Part shown: positions 26,835 to 36,948 of the stretch, piece after piece
Position numbering within the stretch: position 1 is the first letter of the stretch
How the letters are laid out: every line of letters begins with the position of its first letter
NCBI GenBank assembly: GCA_003569365.1
Contig: BGOS01000009.1
Span: forward strand, 6,580-70,579
DNA from: Anaerolineaceae bacterium
GTDB lineage: Bacteria > Chloroflexota > Anaerolineae > Anaerolineales > UBA11657
Length of the DNA stretch: 64,000 nucleotides
Direction of reading: 5' to 3'
Notes under the pieces: model-generated
What the model saw: only the letters and a program-made list of their open reading frames with translations
Told to the model about the DNA's origin: nothing
The model's database searches: none
Position numbers and translations under genes: made by a program

Positions 26835-28308
26835 CACGGTGGTGATTGGGGCCGGCTTGGGCGGGCTGGCTGCCGCCATCCGGCTGGCTGCCGCTGGCCA
26901 GCGCGTGCTGGTGCTGGAGCGCAACGCAGCCGTGGGCGGAAAAATGTCCGAGGTGCGCGCTGACGGCTTTCGCTTTGACACCGGCCCGTCCGTGATCACC
27001 ATGCGCGCCGTGCTGGAAGATTTGTTTGCCGCAGCCGGGCAGCGCATGCAAGACCACCTGGAACTGCTGCCGGTTGATCCGCTGACGCGCTACTTCTTCG
27101 CGGACGGAAGCACGCTGGATATTGCGCGCAGTTTGCCGGACACGCTGGCGCAAATTGCGCGCCTGGATGAACGCGATGTGGCCGGCTACCAAAAGTATCT
27201 GGCGTATGCTGCGCGCCTGTACAACATCACTGCTCCGGTGTTTACTTTTGGTCCACCGCCGGCGCTTGCCAGCCTGCGGCAGGTGCCGGCTGCAGATGCG
27301 CTCTTTGCGGGCGGGCAGGCCTTGCGCAGCATGCAGGCTGCCATCTGCGCCCATGTGCAGCATCCGCATTTGCGCCAGCTGCTGGGGCGCTTTGCAACCT
27401 ATGTGGGCGCCAGCCCATATCTGGCAACTGCGCTGCTATCAGTGGTGGCGCACGTGGAGTTGAATGGCGGTGTGTGGTATCCGCGCGGCGGTGTGTATGC
27501 CATTGCCGCCGCGCTGGCAGGCGTGGCACAGAAGCTGGGGGTGGAGATCCGCACTGGTGCAGCGGTAACTGCGATTGAGCTGCATGCGCAACCCAAGCGG
27601 CAGCGCGTGGCCGGCGTGCGGCTGGCAAGCGGGGAGCTGATTGCTGCCCGCGCAGTGATTGCAAACACGGATGTTGCCAGCGTGTATGCACAGCTGCTGC
27701 CCGCAGCGTTTGGCGCGCGCGCGGCCCGCCTGGCCCGCCGCAAAGTTTCCTGCTCCGGCTTCATCATGCTGTTGGGAGTGGCGGCGCAGCATGCGCAGCT
27801 TGCGCATCACAACATTTTGTTCTCGGCAGATTATGCGCGCGAGTTCCAGCAGCTGTTTGCACAGGAAATTCCACCGGACGACCCGACCGTGTATGTGGCC
27901 ATCACATCCAAGACCGATGCCGCGCATGCGCCGGCTGGCTGCGAAAACTGGTTTGTTCTCGCCAACGTGCCCGCCAGCAGTGCGCATTACAACTGGGAGG
28001 AGGGACGCGCGCGCTATGCGGAGCTGGTGCTGGCGCGGCTGGCGCGGCTGGGCTTGGATGCGCGCACACTGCGCTTCAGCACCAGTTTCACCCCGCCGGA
28101 TTTGGAGCGCATGAGCGGCGCGCGCCGCGGCGCATTGTATGGCGTCTCATTCAACCACCGGCTGGCGCCGTTTGTGCGGCCGCGCAATGCAGCGCCGGAT
28201 GTGGGCGGCCTGTACTTTGCAGGCGGCACCACGCATCCAGGCGGTGGCGTGCCGCTGGTGCTGCTCTCCGGCAAGCTGGCCGCCGAGCTGGTGCTGCAGC
28301 AGGTTTAG
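26821..28308 (+). CDS. phytoene-desaturase-family FAD oxidoreductase (CrtI/CrtD-like)
   Basis: 495 aa, overlapping the GT2 stop by 14 nt. DTVVIGAGLGGLAAAIRLAAAGQRVLVLERNAAVGGK. C-terminal GLYFAGGTTHPGGGVPLVLLSG. Confidence 0.88.
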   Translation: MPAPDTVVIGAGLGGLAAAIRLAAAGQRVLVLERNAAVGGKMSEVRADGFRFDTGPSVITMRAVLEDLFAAAGQRMQDHLELLPVDPLTRYFFADGSTLDIARSLPDTLAQIARLDERDVAGYQKYLAYAARLYNITAPVFTFGPPPALASLRQVPAADALFAGGQALRSMQAAICAHVQHPHLRQLLGRFATYVGASPYLATALLSVVAHVELNGGVWYPRGGVYAIAAALAGVAQKLGVEIRTGAAVTAIELHAQPKRQRVAGVRLASGELIAARAVIANTDVASVYAQLLPAAFGARAARLARRKVSCSGFIMLLGVAAQHAQLAHHNILFSADYAREFQQLFAQEIPPDDPTVYVAITSKTDAAHAPAGCENWFVLANVPASSAHYNWEEGRARYAELVLARLARLGLDARTLRFSTSFTPPDLERMSGARRGALYGVSFNHRLAPFVRPRNAAPDVGGLYFAGGTTHPGGGVPLVLLSGKLAAELVLQQV

Positions 28309-28380
28309 GGGCCGTCAACAATCAACAACTGCTGAGTGCGTAGTTGTTACGTTGGCTCAATGCTCAACTGACTTCGCCTG

Positions 28381-30312
28381 ATGGTTAGCCCCGATAACCC
28401 GCCGCCAACAAACTCCACCGCCGCGCTGCGCAATCTGGCTGCCATCTGGCTGGTTGTTGCCGTGGCCGCAGCGCTGCGACTGCACAACATTAACTGGAAC
28501 AGCCTGAACTCTGACGAGGCTTTCAGTTGGTTAATTTCCAACAAACCGCTGCTGCAGCTGCTCTCTGACTCGTTTTTCCTGCGCCGCGACCCGCACCCGC
28601 CGGTTTACTGGCTGCTGCTGCGCCTATGGCAGTTACTTGCGGGCTCGACCGAAGTGGCGCTGCGCTGGCCCTCAGCGATGGCCGGCACTGTTTTTGTTGC
28701 GCTGATCTATGCGCTTGGGCACAGGCTGTTTTCGCGGACGGCGGCGCTGGCCGCAGCTGCCTTCAGCGCACTCAGTGCGTTTTTTATTTGGAACAGCCAG
28801 GATGCGCGCATGTACACGCTTGGTGGTACGCTGGCGCTTGCCGGCCTGGTGTGCCTCATCAACGGTTTGCGCAGCGGGCAGCGGCGCTGGCTCGCAGGTT
28901 ATTTTGTTTTCACGGCGCTTGCGTGTTACACGCATATTGCCGGCAGCTTCCTGCTCCCTTTCGAAGGCCTGGCAATATTGCTGTATTTGGTTTTGGCGCG
29001 CGATGTGCGGCAACGCCAGACTGGACGGGGTGCCTTGCTCGCCATTGTAGCCGCAGGTTTGGTGTATGCGCCGTATGCCTTGAATGCGTGGCGGGCGTCG
29101 GCCGTAGCGAGCATCATCCGCCATACGCCGGCATATTTTGAGCTTGCGGCAGCGGTGCTGCAGCGCGCAACGCTGAACATGGAATTGTCGCCGGGTTGGT
29201 GGTGGTTTGTTACAGCGCTTGTGGGTGGCTGCTTTGCGCTCGGCGGTGTTGGCGCGCATGAACAGCAGCGGTTGCCACGCGGATTTGCGCGTGCATTTGT
29301 GACGCTGTTTCTTTTTGCAACACTCGCCGTAATTTCAATTCTTTCAGTGCGGCAGTCCGTGTTTGAGCCCAAGACCATCACGTTCTATGGTGCTGCCGTT
29401 GCCTTGGGAGTGGGCGCGGGTTGGGCGCGTCTTTGGCAATGGCATAAGCTGATTGCCAGCGTCGCGGGAGTTGCGCTTGCGGGCGCGCTCATCTTTGGCC
29501 TTACGTTTGTGTGGCGGCCTGGCTTTCAAAAGGAGGACTGGCGCCATGCAGCTGCGTATGTTGCCGCGCACGCTGGCCCCAATGACGCGGTTGTCGTGCA
29601 TCTTGAGTACTACCGCGTGCCGTTCAGTTATTACTTTCGCGGCCGCGCACTCACGCCGTTTGGCAGCCACGTAAATAGCATGGATGAAGTGGGGCGCGGC
29701 TTTGCGCCCCTGCTGCGTTCGGACAACATTTGGCTGGTGCAGTCCGGCGAGTTCCTCACCGATCCGGATAAGCTGGTGCAGAACTGGCTGGCGCTGCGCT
29801 ACGGGCTGGGCACCGAACAATTTCCGCAGAGCATCTCCGTGCGGCAGTACGTAGTCCAGCCGGCAGCTGCCAGCTTGCCGGCAGCCGCCCGCCCGCTGTC
29901 GGTCGAATTTGATTCTGGTTTGCAGCTTGTGGGCAGCCAGTTGGATGCGCAGCAGTTGTCTGCCACCGACCAATGGCTGCATCCGCCGAGCAACTATTTG
30001 CACTTGCGCCTGTACTGGTCTACAACGCGCGCGCTGACTGCGGAGCCAGTGGTGCAGGTGATGCTGGAGGATGGGCCGGGCAATCAGTGGGGCGGATTGC
30101 TGCAGCGGCCGGGCACGGTGCGTGCGTTTGATCCGCTGGTGCGCCTGCCGGCAGGTGCGCTGCTGCGCGATGAGCTGGATCTGATTGTGAACCCAGCGGC
30201 CAAGGCGGGCGTGTACAAGCTGGTGCTGCGCGTTACGAACCCGGATGGCAGCGCAATGCTGGCGAACGGACAGAGTTACATAATTTTGGACGAGGTGCTG
30301 CTATTGCCCTAA
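28381..30312 (+). CDS. GT-C fold glycosyltransferase (family 39/83, ArnT/PMT-like) with a C-terminal extracytoplasmic domain
   Basis: 643 aa. NSDEAFSWLIS...RRDPHPPVYWLLLRLW...LRWPSAMAGTVFVALIYALGHRLFS. Many TM segments. Paralogous to 56709..58568. Confidence 0.8.
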   Translation: MVSPDNPPPTNSTAALRNLAAIWLVVAVAAALRLHNINWNSLNSDEAFSWLISNKPLLQLLSDSFFLRRDPHPPVYWLLLRLWQLLAGSTEVALRWPSAMAGTVFVALIYALGHRLFSRTAALAAAAFSALSAFFIWNSQDARMYTLGGTLALAGLVCLINGLRSGQRRWLAGYFVFTALACYTHIAGSFLLPFEGLAILLYLVLARDVRQRQTGRGALLAIVAAGLVYAPYALNAWRASAVASIIRHTPAYFELAAAVLQRATLNMELSPGWWWFVTALVGGCFALGGVGAHEQQRLPRGFARAFVTLFLFATLAVISILSVRQSVFEPKTITFYGAAVALGVGAGWARLWQWHKLIASVAGVALAGALIFGLTFVWRPGFQKEDWRHAAAYVAAHAGPNDAVVVHLEYYRVPFSYYFRGRALTPFGSHVNSMDEVGRGFAPLLRSDNIWLVQSGEFLTDPDKLVQNWLALRYGLGTEQFPQSISVRQYVVQPAAASLPAAARPLSVEFDSGLQLVGSQLDAQQLSATDQWLHPPSNYLHLRLYWSTTRALTAEPVVQVMLEDGPGNQWGGLLQRPGTVRAFDPLVRLPAGALLRDELDLIVNPAAKAGVYKLVLRVTNPDGSAMLANGQSYIILDEVLLLP

Positions 30313-30360
30313 TCTGAGCTGGCTGCGGTCGCAAACAATCGTTCACGGTATATTCCTATC

Positions 30361-31071
30361 ATGCAGCCGGGGCGATTGTTGTTGGCGGTGTTTGTGGGTG
30401 CCTTGAGTGCGTGCGCTTCCAGCCCGGTACAAATCAAGCTGGCTGCGCGTGCAACTTTGCCCGCTGTTGCCGTGGCATCAAGTGCAGCACCAACCGCCGC
30501 CCCTAAAGATTTGGAGACTGAAACGGCCATGCCAAATGCCACGCCCGAGCCCGCGCCAGCGACGGCGCAACCGACAGAACCTGCGCCCGAGACGCGCATG
30601 CTTTTTGACTTTCGCGACCCGAACACGGTGCGCAACTGGCAGAATATCGACGATCCGGTGATGGGCGGCGTATCTTCAAGCCGCATTACCCAAGGCGAAT
30701 CTTTTGCCGTTTTTGCCGGGCGCCTGTCATTGGAAAACAATGGCGGCTTTGCATCGGTGCGCGGCCGGGTGGTGCCGGCTGATCTGACCAGCTTTGAAAA
30801 GTTGGTTGCGCGCGTGCGTGGCGATGGCAAGATTTACGTGTGCCAGCTGCGCACACGCGATGCCGTGTACTGGCTGCGCTTCGAAACCCGCGCGGGCGGG
30901 TGGCAGGAGTTTGCGCTGCCGTTTGCAGAATTTGTGCCCACTTATTTTGGCGTGCCACGCCCCAACAGTACGCCACTGAACCCGGCTGCAATTGGCGAGT
31001 ATGGCTTTTTGATCGCGGACAAACAGGAAGGCCCGTTTTCACTTGAGGTGGCGTGGATCGTGGCGGGCTAG
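30361..31071 (+). CDS. CIA30-domain lipoprotein
   Basis: Lipobox in MQPGRLLLAVFVGALSAC. CIA30-like core: FDFRDPNTVRNWQNIDDPVMGGVSSS...GGFASVR...FLIADKQEGPFSLEVAWI. Confidence 0.8.
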   Translation: MQPGRLLLAVFVGALSACASSPVQIKLAARATLPAVAVASSAAPTAAPKDLETETAMPNATPEPAPATAQPTEPAPETRMLFDFRDPNTVRNWQNIDDPVMGGVSSSRITQGESFAVFAGRLSLENNGGFASVRGRVVPADLTSFEKLVARVRGDGKIYVCQLRTRDAVYWLRFETRAGGWQEFALPFAEFVPTYFGVPRPNSTPLNPAAIGEYGFLIADKQEGPFSLEVAWIVAG

Positions 31072-31235
31072 TGCGCCACAGGCGGACTGTAAGCCACTGT
31101 GAATCCCCAGCTTGGGTTCTGCACTGCGCAGCACCGCAAGCTCGGCCAGCCAGGCAGCGCTGTGTAAAATTCTGCGCAGCAAATTTGTAGGCGCCAGCTG
31201 CGCCCGCATTTTCCCAGCGTGAAGGAGGCCGATCG

Positions 31236-32513
31236 ATGGCTCTAGAAACTGCATTTACAATCGATACGTCAAGCATTAAGTATGGCCCGGGTGTGACGCG
31301 CGAAGTGGGCCACGACATGCGCCGGCTGGGCGCGCGGCGTGTGATGCTGCTGACGGATGCGCAGCAGGCGCAGAGCGCTGCCGTTGCAACAGCCATGGCT
31401 GCGTTGAAGGCGGCGGGCATTGATGCCGTATTGTTTGATCAGGTGCGGGTGGAGCCAACCAGTGGCTCTTTTATGCAGGCGATTGAGTTTGCCCGCAGTG
31501 GCAAATTTGACGGCTACTTGGCGGTGGGTGGCGGGTCGGTGATCGACACTGCCAAGGCAGCCAACTTGTACGCAACCTATCCCGCCGATCTGCTGGCATA
31601 CGTGAACCCGCCGATTGGCAGGGGCGAGCCCGTGCCCGGGCCGCTTAAGCCGCTGATAGCCGTGCCCACCACTGCCGGCACTGGCAGCGAGACCACCGGC
31701 GTCGCAATCTTCGATTACACAGAGATGCATGCCAAGACGGGCATTGCGCACCGTGCGCTGCGCCCGAACCTTGGAATTCTGGATCCGGATAACACGCGCA
31801 CAATGCCCAAGCTGGTGGCTGCCAGCTCGGGGCTGGATGTTTTGTCTCATGCTCTTGAGTCGCTCACAGCGCTGCCTTATCACGAGCGTGTGGCACCAGC
31901 CGCACCGGAGCTGCGGCCGGCTTACCAAGGCGCAAATCCCATCAGTGACATTTGGTGCAGCAAGGCTATTCAAATGGTTGCCGCCAACATCGTGCGTGCG
32001 ATTCAAGATCCAGACGATGTGGAAGCGCGCAGCCAGATGCTGCTGGCGGCAGCCTATGCCGGAATTGGTTTTGGAAATGCCGGTGTGCACCTGCCGCATG
32101 GCATGTCCTACCCGGTGTCCGGCATGGTGCGCGCCTATAACCCGGCGGGCTACCCCGCTGATCACCCCATCGTTCCACATGGCATGTCGGTAATCCTGAA
32201 TGCGCCGGCGGTGTTTCGTTTTACCGCGCCGGCCAATCCGCAGCGCCACCTGCTGGGTGCGCAGCTGATGGGGGTTGATATTTCCAATGTGGCGGAAGCA
32301 GATGCTGGCCAAGCGCTGGCCAGCGCAGTTATTTCACTGATGCAGCAAACCGGCGTACCCAATGGCCTTGGCGCGATTGGCTTTACTAAGGAGGACATTC
32401 CAGCTCTGGTGGAAGGAACGTTGCCACAGCATCGCGTTACAAAACTCTCGCCGCGCCCGGCAACTGCTGCCCATTTGCAAGCGCTCTTCGAAGATGCGCT
32501 GCGCTATTGGTAG
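31236..32513 (+). CDS. iron-containing alcohol dehydrogenase (hydroxyacid-oxoacid transhydrogenase-like)
   Basis: 425 aa with SD GAAGGAGG upstream. AVGGGSVIDTAKAANL, PTTAGTGSE, GVHLPHGMSYPVSG. Confidence 0.88.
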   Translation: MALETAFTIDTSSIKYGPGVTREVGHDMRRLGARRVMLLTDAQQAQSAAVATAMAALKAAGIDAVLFDQVRVEPTSGSFMQAIEFARSGKFDGYLAVGGGSVIDTAKAANLYATYPADLLAYVNPPIGRGEPVPGPLKPLIAVPTTAGTGSETTGVAIFDYTEMHAKTGIAHRALRPNLGILDPDNTRTMPKLVAASSGLDVLSHALESLTALPYHERVAPAAPELRPAYQGANPISDIWCSKAIQMVAANIVRAIQDPDDVEARSQMLLAAAYAGIGFGNAGVHLPHGMSYPVSGMVRAYNPAGYPADHPIVPHGMSVILNAPAVFRFTAPANPQRHLLGAQLMGVDISNVAEADAGQALASAVISLMQQTGVPNGLGAIGFTKEDIPALVEGTLPQHRVTKLSPRPATAAHLQALFEDALRYW

Positions 32514-32773
32514 GGGCGGAGGGGAGGATCGAACCTCAAACTATTGGTGAGCGAACCAGCAAGGAGATATCGGGCTTGGTAGACGACTGTGAACGAGCCG
32601 CAATGTTACTGATGGGGTGAGTTTGTGCGCGGGAAACCAGCTTAGAAGGCGGTGCGTTGACCAATCATAAATCTAACTGTTGTGCGCGACCGTGGGCGCA
32701 GCTTTCTCGAGTTGGACCGCGTTCTGCCTCAAAATCTGAGGCACTCGTCCGTAATCACGAAAGCGACAAAAGT

Positions 32774-34077
32774 TTATAGTGCTACCTTTTCCAACAAACC
32801 CTCTTGCTCTAATCTAACTGCAGCCGCTGCACACTCCATCATATCCACGCCAATAATCTCTGAAATGGCGAGCAAGTCAGTCTGGCCATCCGCGTAAGCC
32901 AAAACGTTCATCAATGTCCGCGGCACCACCACGTTCTTGGTGCTCAACGTCGGTTTTATGCCGCGCCTGCCAAGTTGCGGCTCGCATGGCATCGTGGCCT
33001 TATAAACATAGTTCGCTTCAAGAGCCTGCAGGCAGCTTTGCAAAATGTTAAATGCACCCTCAAGCCCCGCCGGGCTGATAACCGAAAGGTCGTCGAGCGA
33101 GGTGTGGTATTCAGATAAGACCCAAATTTGGTGCGCATAACTAAAACCACCGGTAGATCAATCAGGGCGCTGCAATATTGGCGCTCATCCGCTCCGCGGT
33201 CCAGAAAACTGTAGCGGGCATAATCTATTCCGTGCTGTTTTAGTGTCTGTTCCGCAACTCTGTCCGCAAGTGTGCCGCCTTTGCGTGATGGCAAAAAAGA
33301 ATATGCGCGGTCGTCACCCACGCAAGAGATCTCAAAGCCAGCAACTGTCTTCTGCATCATATGCCCGCTATTTTTACTTAAATAAACAATTGCGCCAACA
33401 GTCTCGGGGACAAAGACGATACGGTATGTGAAGCGCCGGTTCTGGAGGCTCTGCAACCACTGCGCGAGCGCCGCAGTCACCACAGGCCCGGAGAGCTCAT
33501 TGTTGGCCATTGATGGATGGCAGATGTAGGTGGAAAGTAATATTTCCGAATCTTCCTTCCCGGGAAGTATTAGGTCTGCGTAGTTGAGGACACCTGGCTT
33601 GAGATCGCTATCAATGACCACATGGTATCTGCCGCTCGGAAGCGCCTTTCGTTGGTGATGGGGCAGACAAAATCCCCAGAGCCGGTTGTAGTAACTTGTA
33701 ATGTACGGAATTGCATCAGGCTGTTCCGGCAGGGAATACAAATGCTCATCTAGTTCGGCGAGGCTGAGCCAGGTATCGACTGGTTCAGAATAGCCGACCA
33801 CATGCAGATTGTGTTTGTTGTAATCAATAACTTTGTGTCCTGCGTCGTCCGCAATGTATGCATCCCGGATGGTCCATTCATCGGGGACAGTCCAGTCGAA
33901 TGCTTGCGTGCCCGACGGCACTGCGTGGACCACCAATCCCGGCAGAAGGTTGGCCAAGTATGCGAGTGTTTCGCGCACGCCAGCGCCTGTGATGCTGCGG
34001 TGGATCGGGAAGAGGTCCTGAGCCCAGCCGTACATTTCTGCACCGGTGTCCACCTTCGTTTCTGTTTTATTGGACAT
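32774..34077 (-). pseudogene. aminopeptidase-like (M28-like fold, DUF2172/DUF4910-type) protein with a 1-nt frameshift
   Basis: ORF 32956..34077 reads correctly up to ...[11 protein letters not shown] and then goes out of frame. Shifting the frame at ~33114 gives [52 protein letters not shown].... This runs straight into ORF 32774..33043. The sequence tat-ctg-aat looks like tat-cCt-gaa with one base lost. The gene is ~42-50% GC and has no SD. Confidence 0.7.
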
Positions 34078-34450
34078 TTTACTTTTTGGCTTGTGAACTT
34101 AGTTCCATTTTGTAGTGTGGTCTTTGGCTGTTGCGGTAGGTGTTTTTTGCCCAGTTGTACGCAGTTCTTAATGTAATAAGTCTGTCCGGGTGCGATGCTT
34201 TGGTATTGCGCCCGGCGACGACTTCTGGCAAACGCAGAGACTGCACGGCCGTGGCTTTCCTCTTATTATCATAACGCTAAATCGTGTGGAGCCAGTGAAT
34301 GTGCCGCCAAAGTTACCCCGATAGCCACTGATCATCAAAGTACTTTCTGTTGGCACAGTTTGCAATTAGGCACACGGAATCATTTGTATCGCGGGACTGT
34401 GAGATCTCCCAGTCCGCAGCCCGACTCACGCTCGATGCCCGCGCACTCAC

Positions 34451-35530
34451 TTACCCTGCCGCCAGCTCTGCCAGCGAGCGCGCCCCGCGCTGCGCGAGCA
34501 TTTGCACCAGGCCGCGGTTGATGGCTTGCAACAAGCCCGGACCTTGGTACACGAGACCAGTGTATACCTGCAGTAGATTGGCTCCCGCACTCAATTTTTC
34601 CAGCGCCGCTGCGGCGCAATCAATGCCGCCGGCGCCAATAATAGCGAGCTGGTTTCCGGAATATTTGCGAATGTGGCGAATGGCGGCGGTCGATGCTGGC
34701 TGGAGCGGCACGCCGCTGAGGCCGCCTTCCGCGCCTGCGGCCGGGCTGCGCAAGTTCGGGCGCGCTGTGGTGGTGTTTGTGGCAATCACTCCGGCAATGT
34801 CATTAGCCAGGGCAGCGTCCAGCAGTTCGTCCAGTTGTGCCGGGCTGAGATCGGGTGCGATCTTTACGAACAGTGGCAGGCGCGGGCAGTGCTGCCGGCG
34901 CAGCTGCTGCAGTGCGCCCAGCAATGGCGCCAGCGCAGCACTGCTCTGCAAAGTGCGCAAGCCGGGCGTGTTGGGCGAGCTGATGTTGATGGCAATGTAA
35001 TCTGCAAACGGATGCACTTGTTGCAGCAGGGTGCTGTAATCTTCGAGTGCAAGCTCCAGCGGTGTGTCGCGCCCCTTGCCGATGTTGATGCCCAACGGCG
35101 CAGCGTGGCCGCGAGCGCGCAGTGCAGCCAGGCGTGGCAGTGCCGCAACTATGCCAGCGTTGGGAAACCCCAGGCGGTTGATGAGCGCGGCATCTTGCGC
35201 CAGCCGAAACACGCGCGGACGCGCATTGCCGCGTTGCGCAAGCGGCGTCAGCGTGCCAACCTCCACATGCCCGGCGCCCAGCGCAGACAGCCCCGGCACG
35301 CATGCCGCATTCTTGTCGTAGCCGGCAGCGATGCCTATCGGATTGCGAAAGCGCAGCCCGCATACCTCGGTGCGCAGGCGCGCATCTTCAAACGCAAACA
35401 TGCGCGTCAGTATGCGCAGCAGCGCCGGCGAGTGCTGTACAGCGCGCAATGCTTGCAGCGTGATTGCGTGCGCCGTCTCCGCATCCAGCTGGAAGAGCAG
35501 CGGGCGCAGCGCCGGATAGAAGCTGGTCAC
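34451..35530 (-). CDS. pyrD: dihydroorotate dehydrogenase (quinone), class 2
   Basis: GTG 35530 overlaps the upstream stop (GTGA). [49 protein letters not shown], and the active-site loop AINISSPNTPGLR. Confidence 0.9.
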   Translation of the reverse strand: MTSFYPALRPLLFQLDAETAHAITLQALRAVQHSPALLRILTRMFAFEDARLRTEVCGLRFRNPIGIAAGYDKNAACVPGLSALGAGHVEVGTLTPLAQRGNARPRVFRLAQDAALINRLGFPNAGIVAALPRLAALRARGHAAPLGINIGKGRDTPLELALEDYSTLLQQVHPFADYIAINISSPNTPGLRTLQSSAALAPLLGALQQLRRQHCPRLPLFVKIAPDLSPAQLDELLDAALANDIAGVIATNTTTARPNLRSPAAGAEGGLSGVPLQPASTAAIRHIRKYSGNQLAIIGAGGIDCAAAALEKLSAGANLLQVYTGLVYQGPGLLQAINRGLVQMLAQRGARSLAELAAG

Positions 35531-36948
35531 CCGGCGGGCGCTGCCGCGATGTAGCGCAGCACATTGGCGTGCTGGCTGCTGTCCACCGCGCCGGCGCGCA
35601 GCCATTCGTCCAGCAGCTGCCGGATTGTGGCAGCTGCCTGCAAGCGGCAGCCAGTGCCGGCAAGTGCCGCTGCGGAATCATTGCTGCGATCGATCAACAC
35701 CACAATGTCTTTTACAACCAATCCCGCGCTTTGCAGCTGCGCAATTGTTTCCAGTTTGCTCAAGCCCGAAGTGATCAAGTCATCCAGCACGACGGCGGTT
35801 TCGCCGGGATGCCATTCGCCTTCGATGTTTGCGCGCGTGCCGTAGGCTTTGGCCTCGCGGCGCGGATAGATGAGCGAAAAGTTGCCGGCGAGGGCGACGG
35901 CGGTGCCGATGGGCAGCGCGGCATATGGGATGGCGGCAATGCGGTCGAAGGACAGCGTACGCAAGAGCGGCAAAAGTGCGAGTGCCACGGTGTGCAGCGC
36001 TGCGGGGAATGACGCGAGGCGGCGCAGGTCAATGTAGATGGGCGATTGCTGGCCGGACTTTAGTGTGAACTCGCCGAACTTTACACAACCCGAGGTGTGG
36101 AGCGCTGCGGCCAACGCTTGCACGCCGGCTGCTGCTGGCGCTGCGCGCCCGGCGTTGGTTTTGCGCAGCGCGTTGATTTCGTTTTGCAGGCGCGCGGCTT
36201 CGACAGCCGGGTCTTTGGCTTCGGCGATGCTGCGCGATACCGTGAGCAGCACGCCGAGCCCGTCGGCGCGCAAGCCGGCGTGGAGCGCAGCAGCCAGCTG
36301 GCCGCCTTGGGCACCAACGCCGGGCACCAAAAACCAAAGCTGGGGCGCAGCGGCGCGCACCTGCGCCAATGCTCCAACGTCGGTGGCGCCCATCACCAAC
36401 CCGATGTTGTCGGATTGTGACCACGCGGGTGCGCGCCGCGCAACTTGCATGAAGAGCGGCTCGCCGTCAACGGGCAGCAGCTGCAGGTCGCCCGCGCCGG
36501 GGTTGGACGTTTTGCAAAGCACAAACACGCCGCGGTCGGCGCGCGCTGTGAACGGCGCAATCGAGTCAGCGCCCAGGTAGGGGCTGGCGGTGATGGCGTG
36601 CGCACCCAGCGTGTCAAACGCGGCGCGTGCGTAGGCCGCAGCTGTGCTGGCAATGTCGCCGCGCTTGGCGTCCAGCACCACCGGAATGCCGGCAGGCACG
36701 GCAGCAATCACCTCCGCAAGGGCTTGCATGCCTGCTGCGCCATGCACTTCAAAGAAGGCGCTGTTGGGTTTAAATGCGCACGCGTGTGGCGCGCAGGCTG
36801 CAATCAGGCGCAGGCAATAATCGCGCGCAGCCGCCGCGCTTGGTTCGGGCAGCTGGTCCGGGTGCGGATCCAGCCCCACGCACAGCAGCGAGTTGCACGC
36901 GCGCGCGCGCTGTGCCAGCGCCGCAAAAAATGGCGCCGCAGTTGTCAC
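35527..36948 (-). CDS. pyrFE: bifunctional orotidine-5'-phosphate decarboxylase / orotate phosphoribosyltransferase (PyrF-PyrE fusion)
   Basis: 473 aa. The GTG start overlaps the pyrB stop (GTGA). N-terminal half is type-2 OMP decarboxylase ([32 protein letters not shown]). C-terminal half is OPRTase ([32 protein letters not shown]). Confidence 0.88.
   Translation of the reverse strand: MTTAAPFFAALAQRARACNSLLCVGLDPHPDQLPEPSAAAARDYCLRLIAACAPHACAFKPNSAFFEVHGAAGMQALAEVIAAVPAGIPVVLDAKRGDIASTAAAYARAAFDTLGAHAITASPYLGADSIAPFTARADRGVFVLCKTSNPGAGDLQLLPVDGEPLFMQVARRAPAWSQSDNIGLVMGATDVGALAQVRAAAPQLWFLVPGVGAQGGQLAAALHAGLRADGLGVLLTVSRSIAEAKDPAVEAARLQNEINALRKTNAGRAAPAAAGVQALAAALHTSGCVKFGEFTLKSGQQSPIYIDLRRLASFPAALHTVALALLPLLRTLSFDRIAAIPYAALPIGTAVALAGNFSLIYPRREAKAYGTRANIEGEWHPGETAVVLDDLITSGLSKLETIAQLQSAGLVVKDIVVLIDRSNDSAAALAGTGCRLQAAATIRQLLDEWLRAGAVDSSQHANVLRYIAAAPAG

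Noticed and set aside
25397-27047. Minus-strand ORFs 25397..26206 and 25941..27047 (269 and 368 aa) in the carotenoid operon
   Set aside because: They are Ser/Ala/Arg-rich and Q/R/H-rich shadows of the plsY-family and GT2 genes, with no independent motifs.
32511-32600. Intact minus-strand tRNA (or tmRNA 3' end) after the ADH gene
   Set aside because: Only a T-arm-like GAGGTTCGATCCTC (4-bp stem, 6-nt loop) and an acceptor-like tail are present. No complementary 5' acceptor strand (GGCGGAG/GGGGCGG) or D-arm occurs within 90 or ~350 nt. I kept it only as a possible decayed remnant in a finding.
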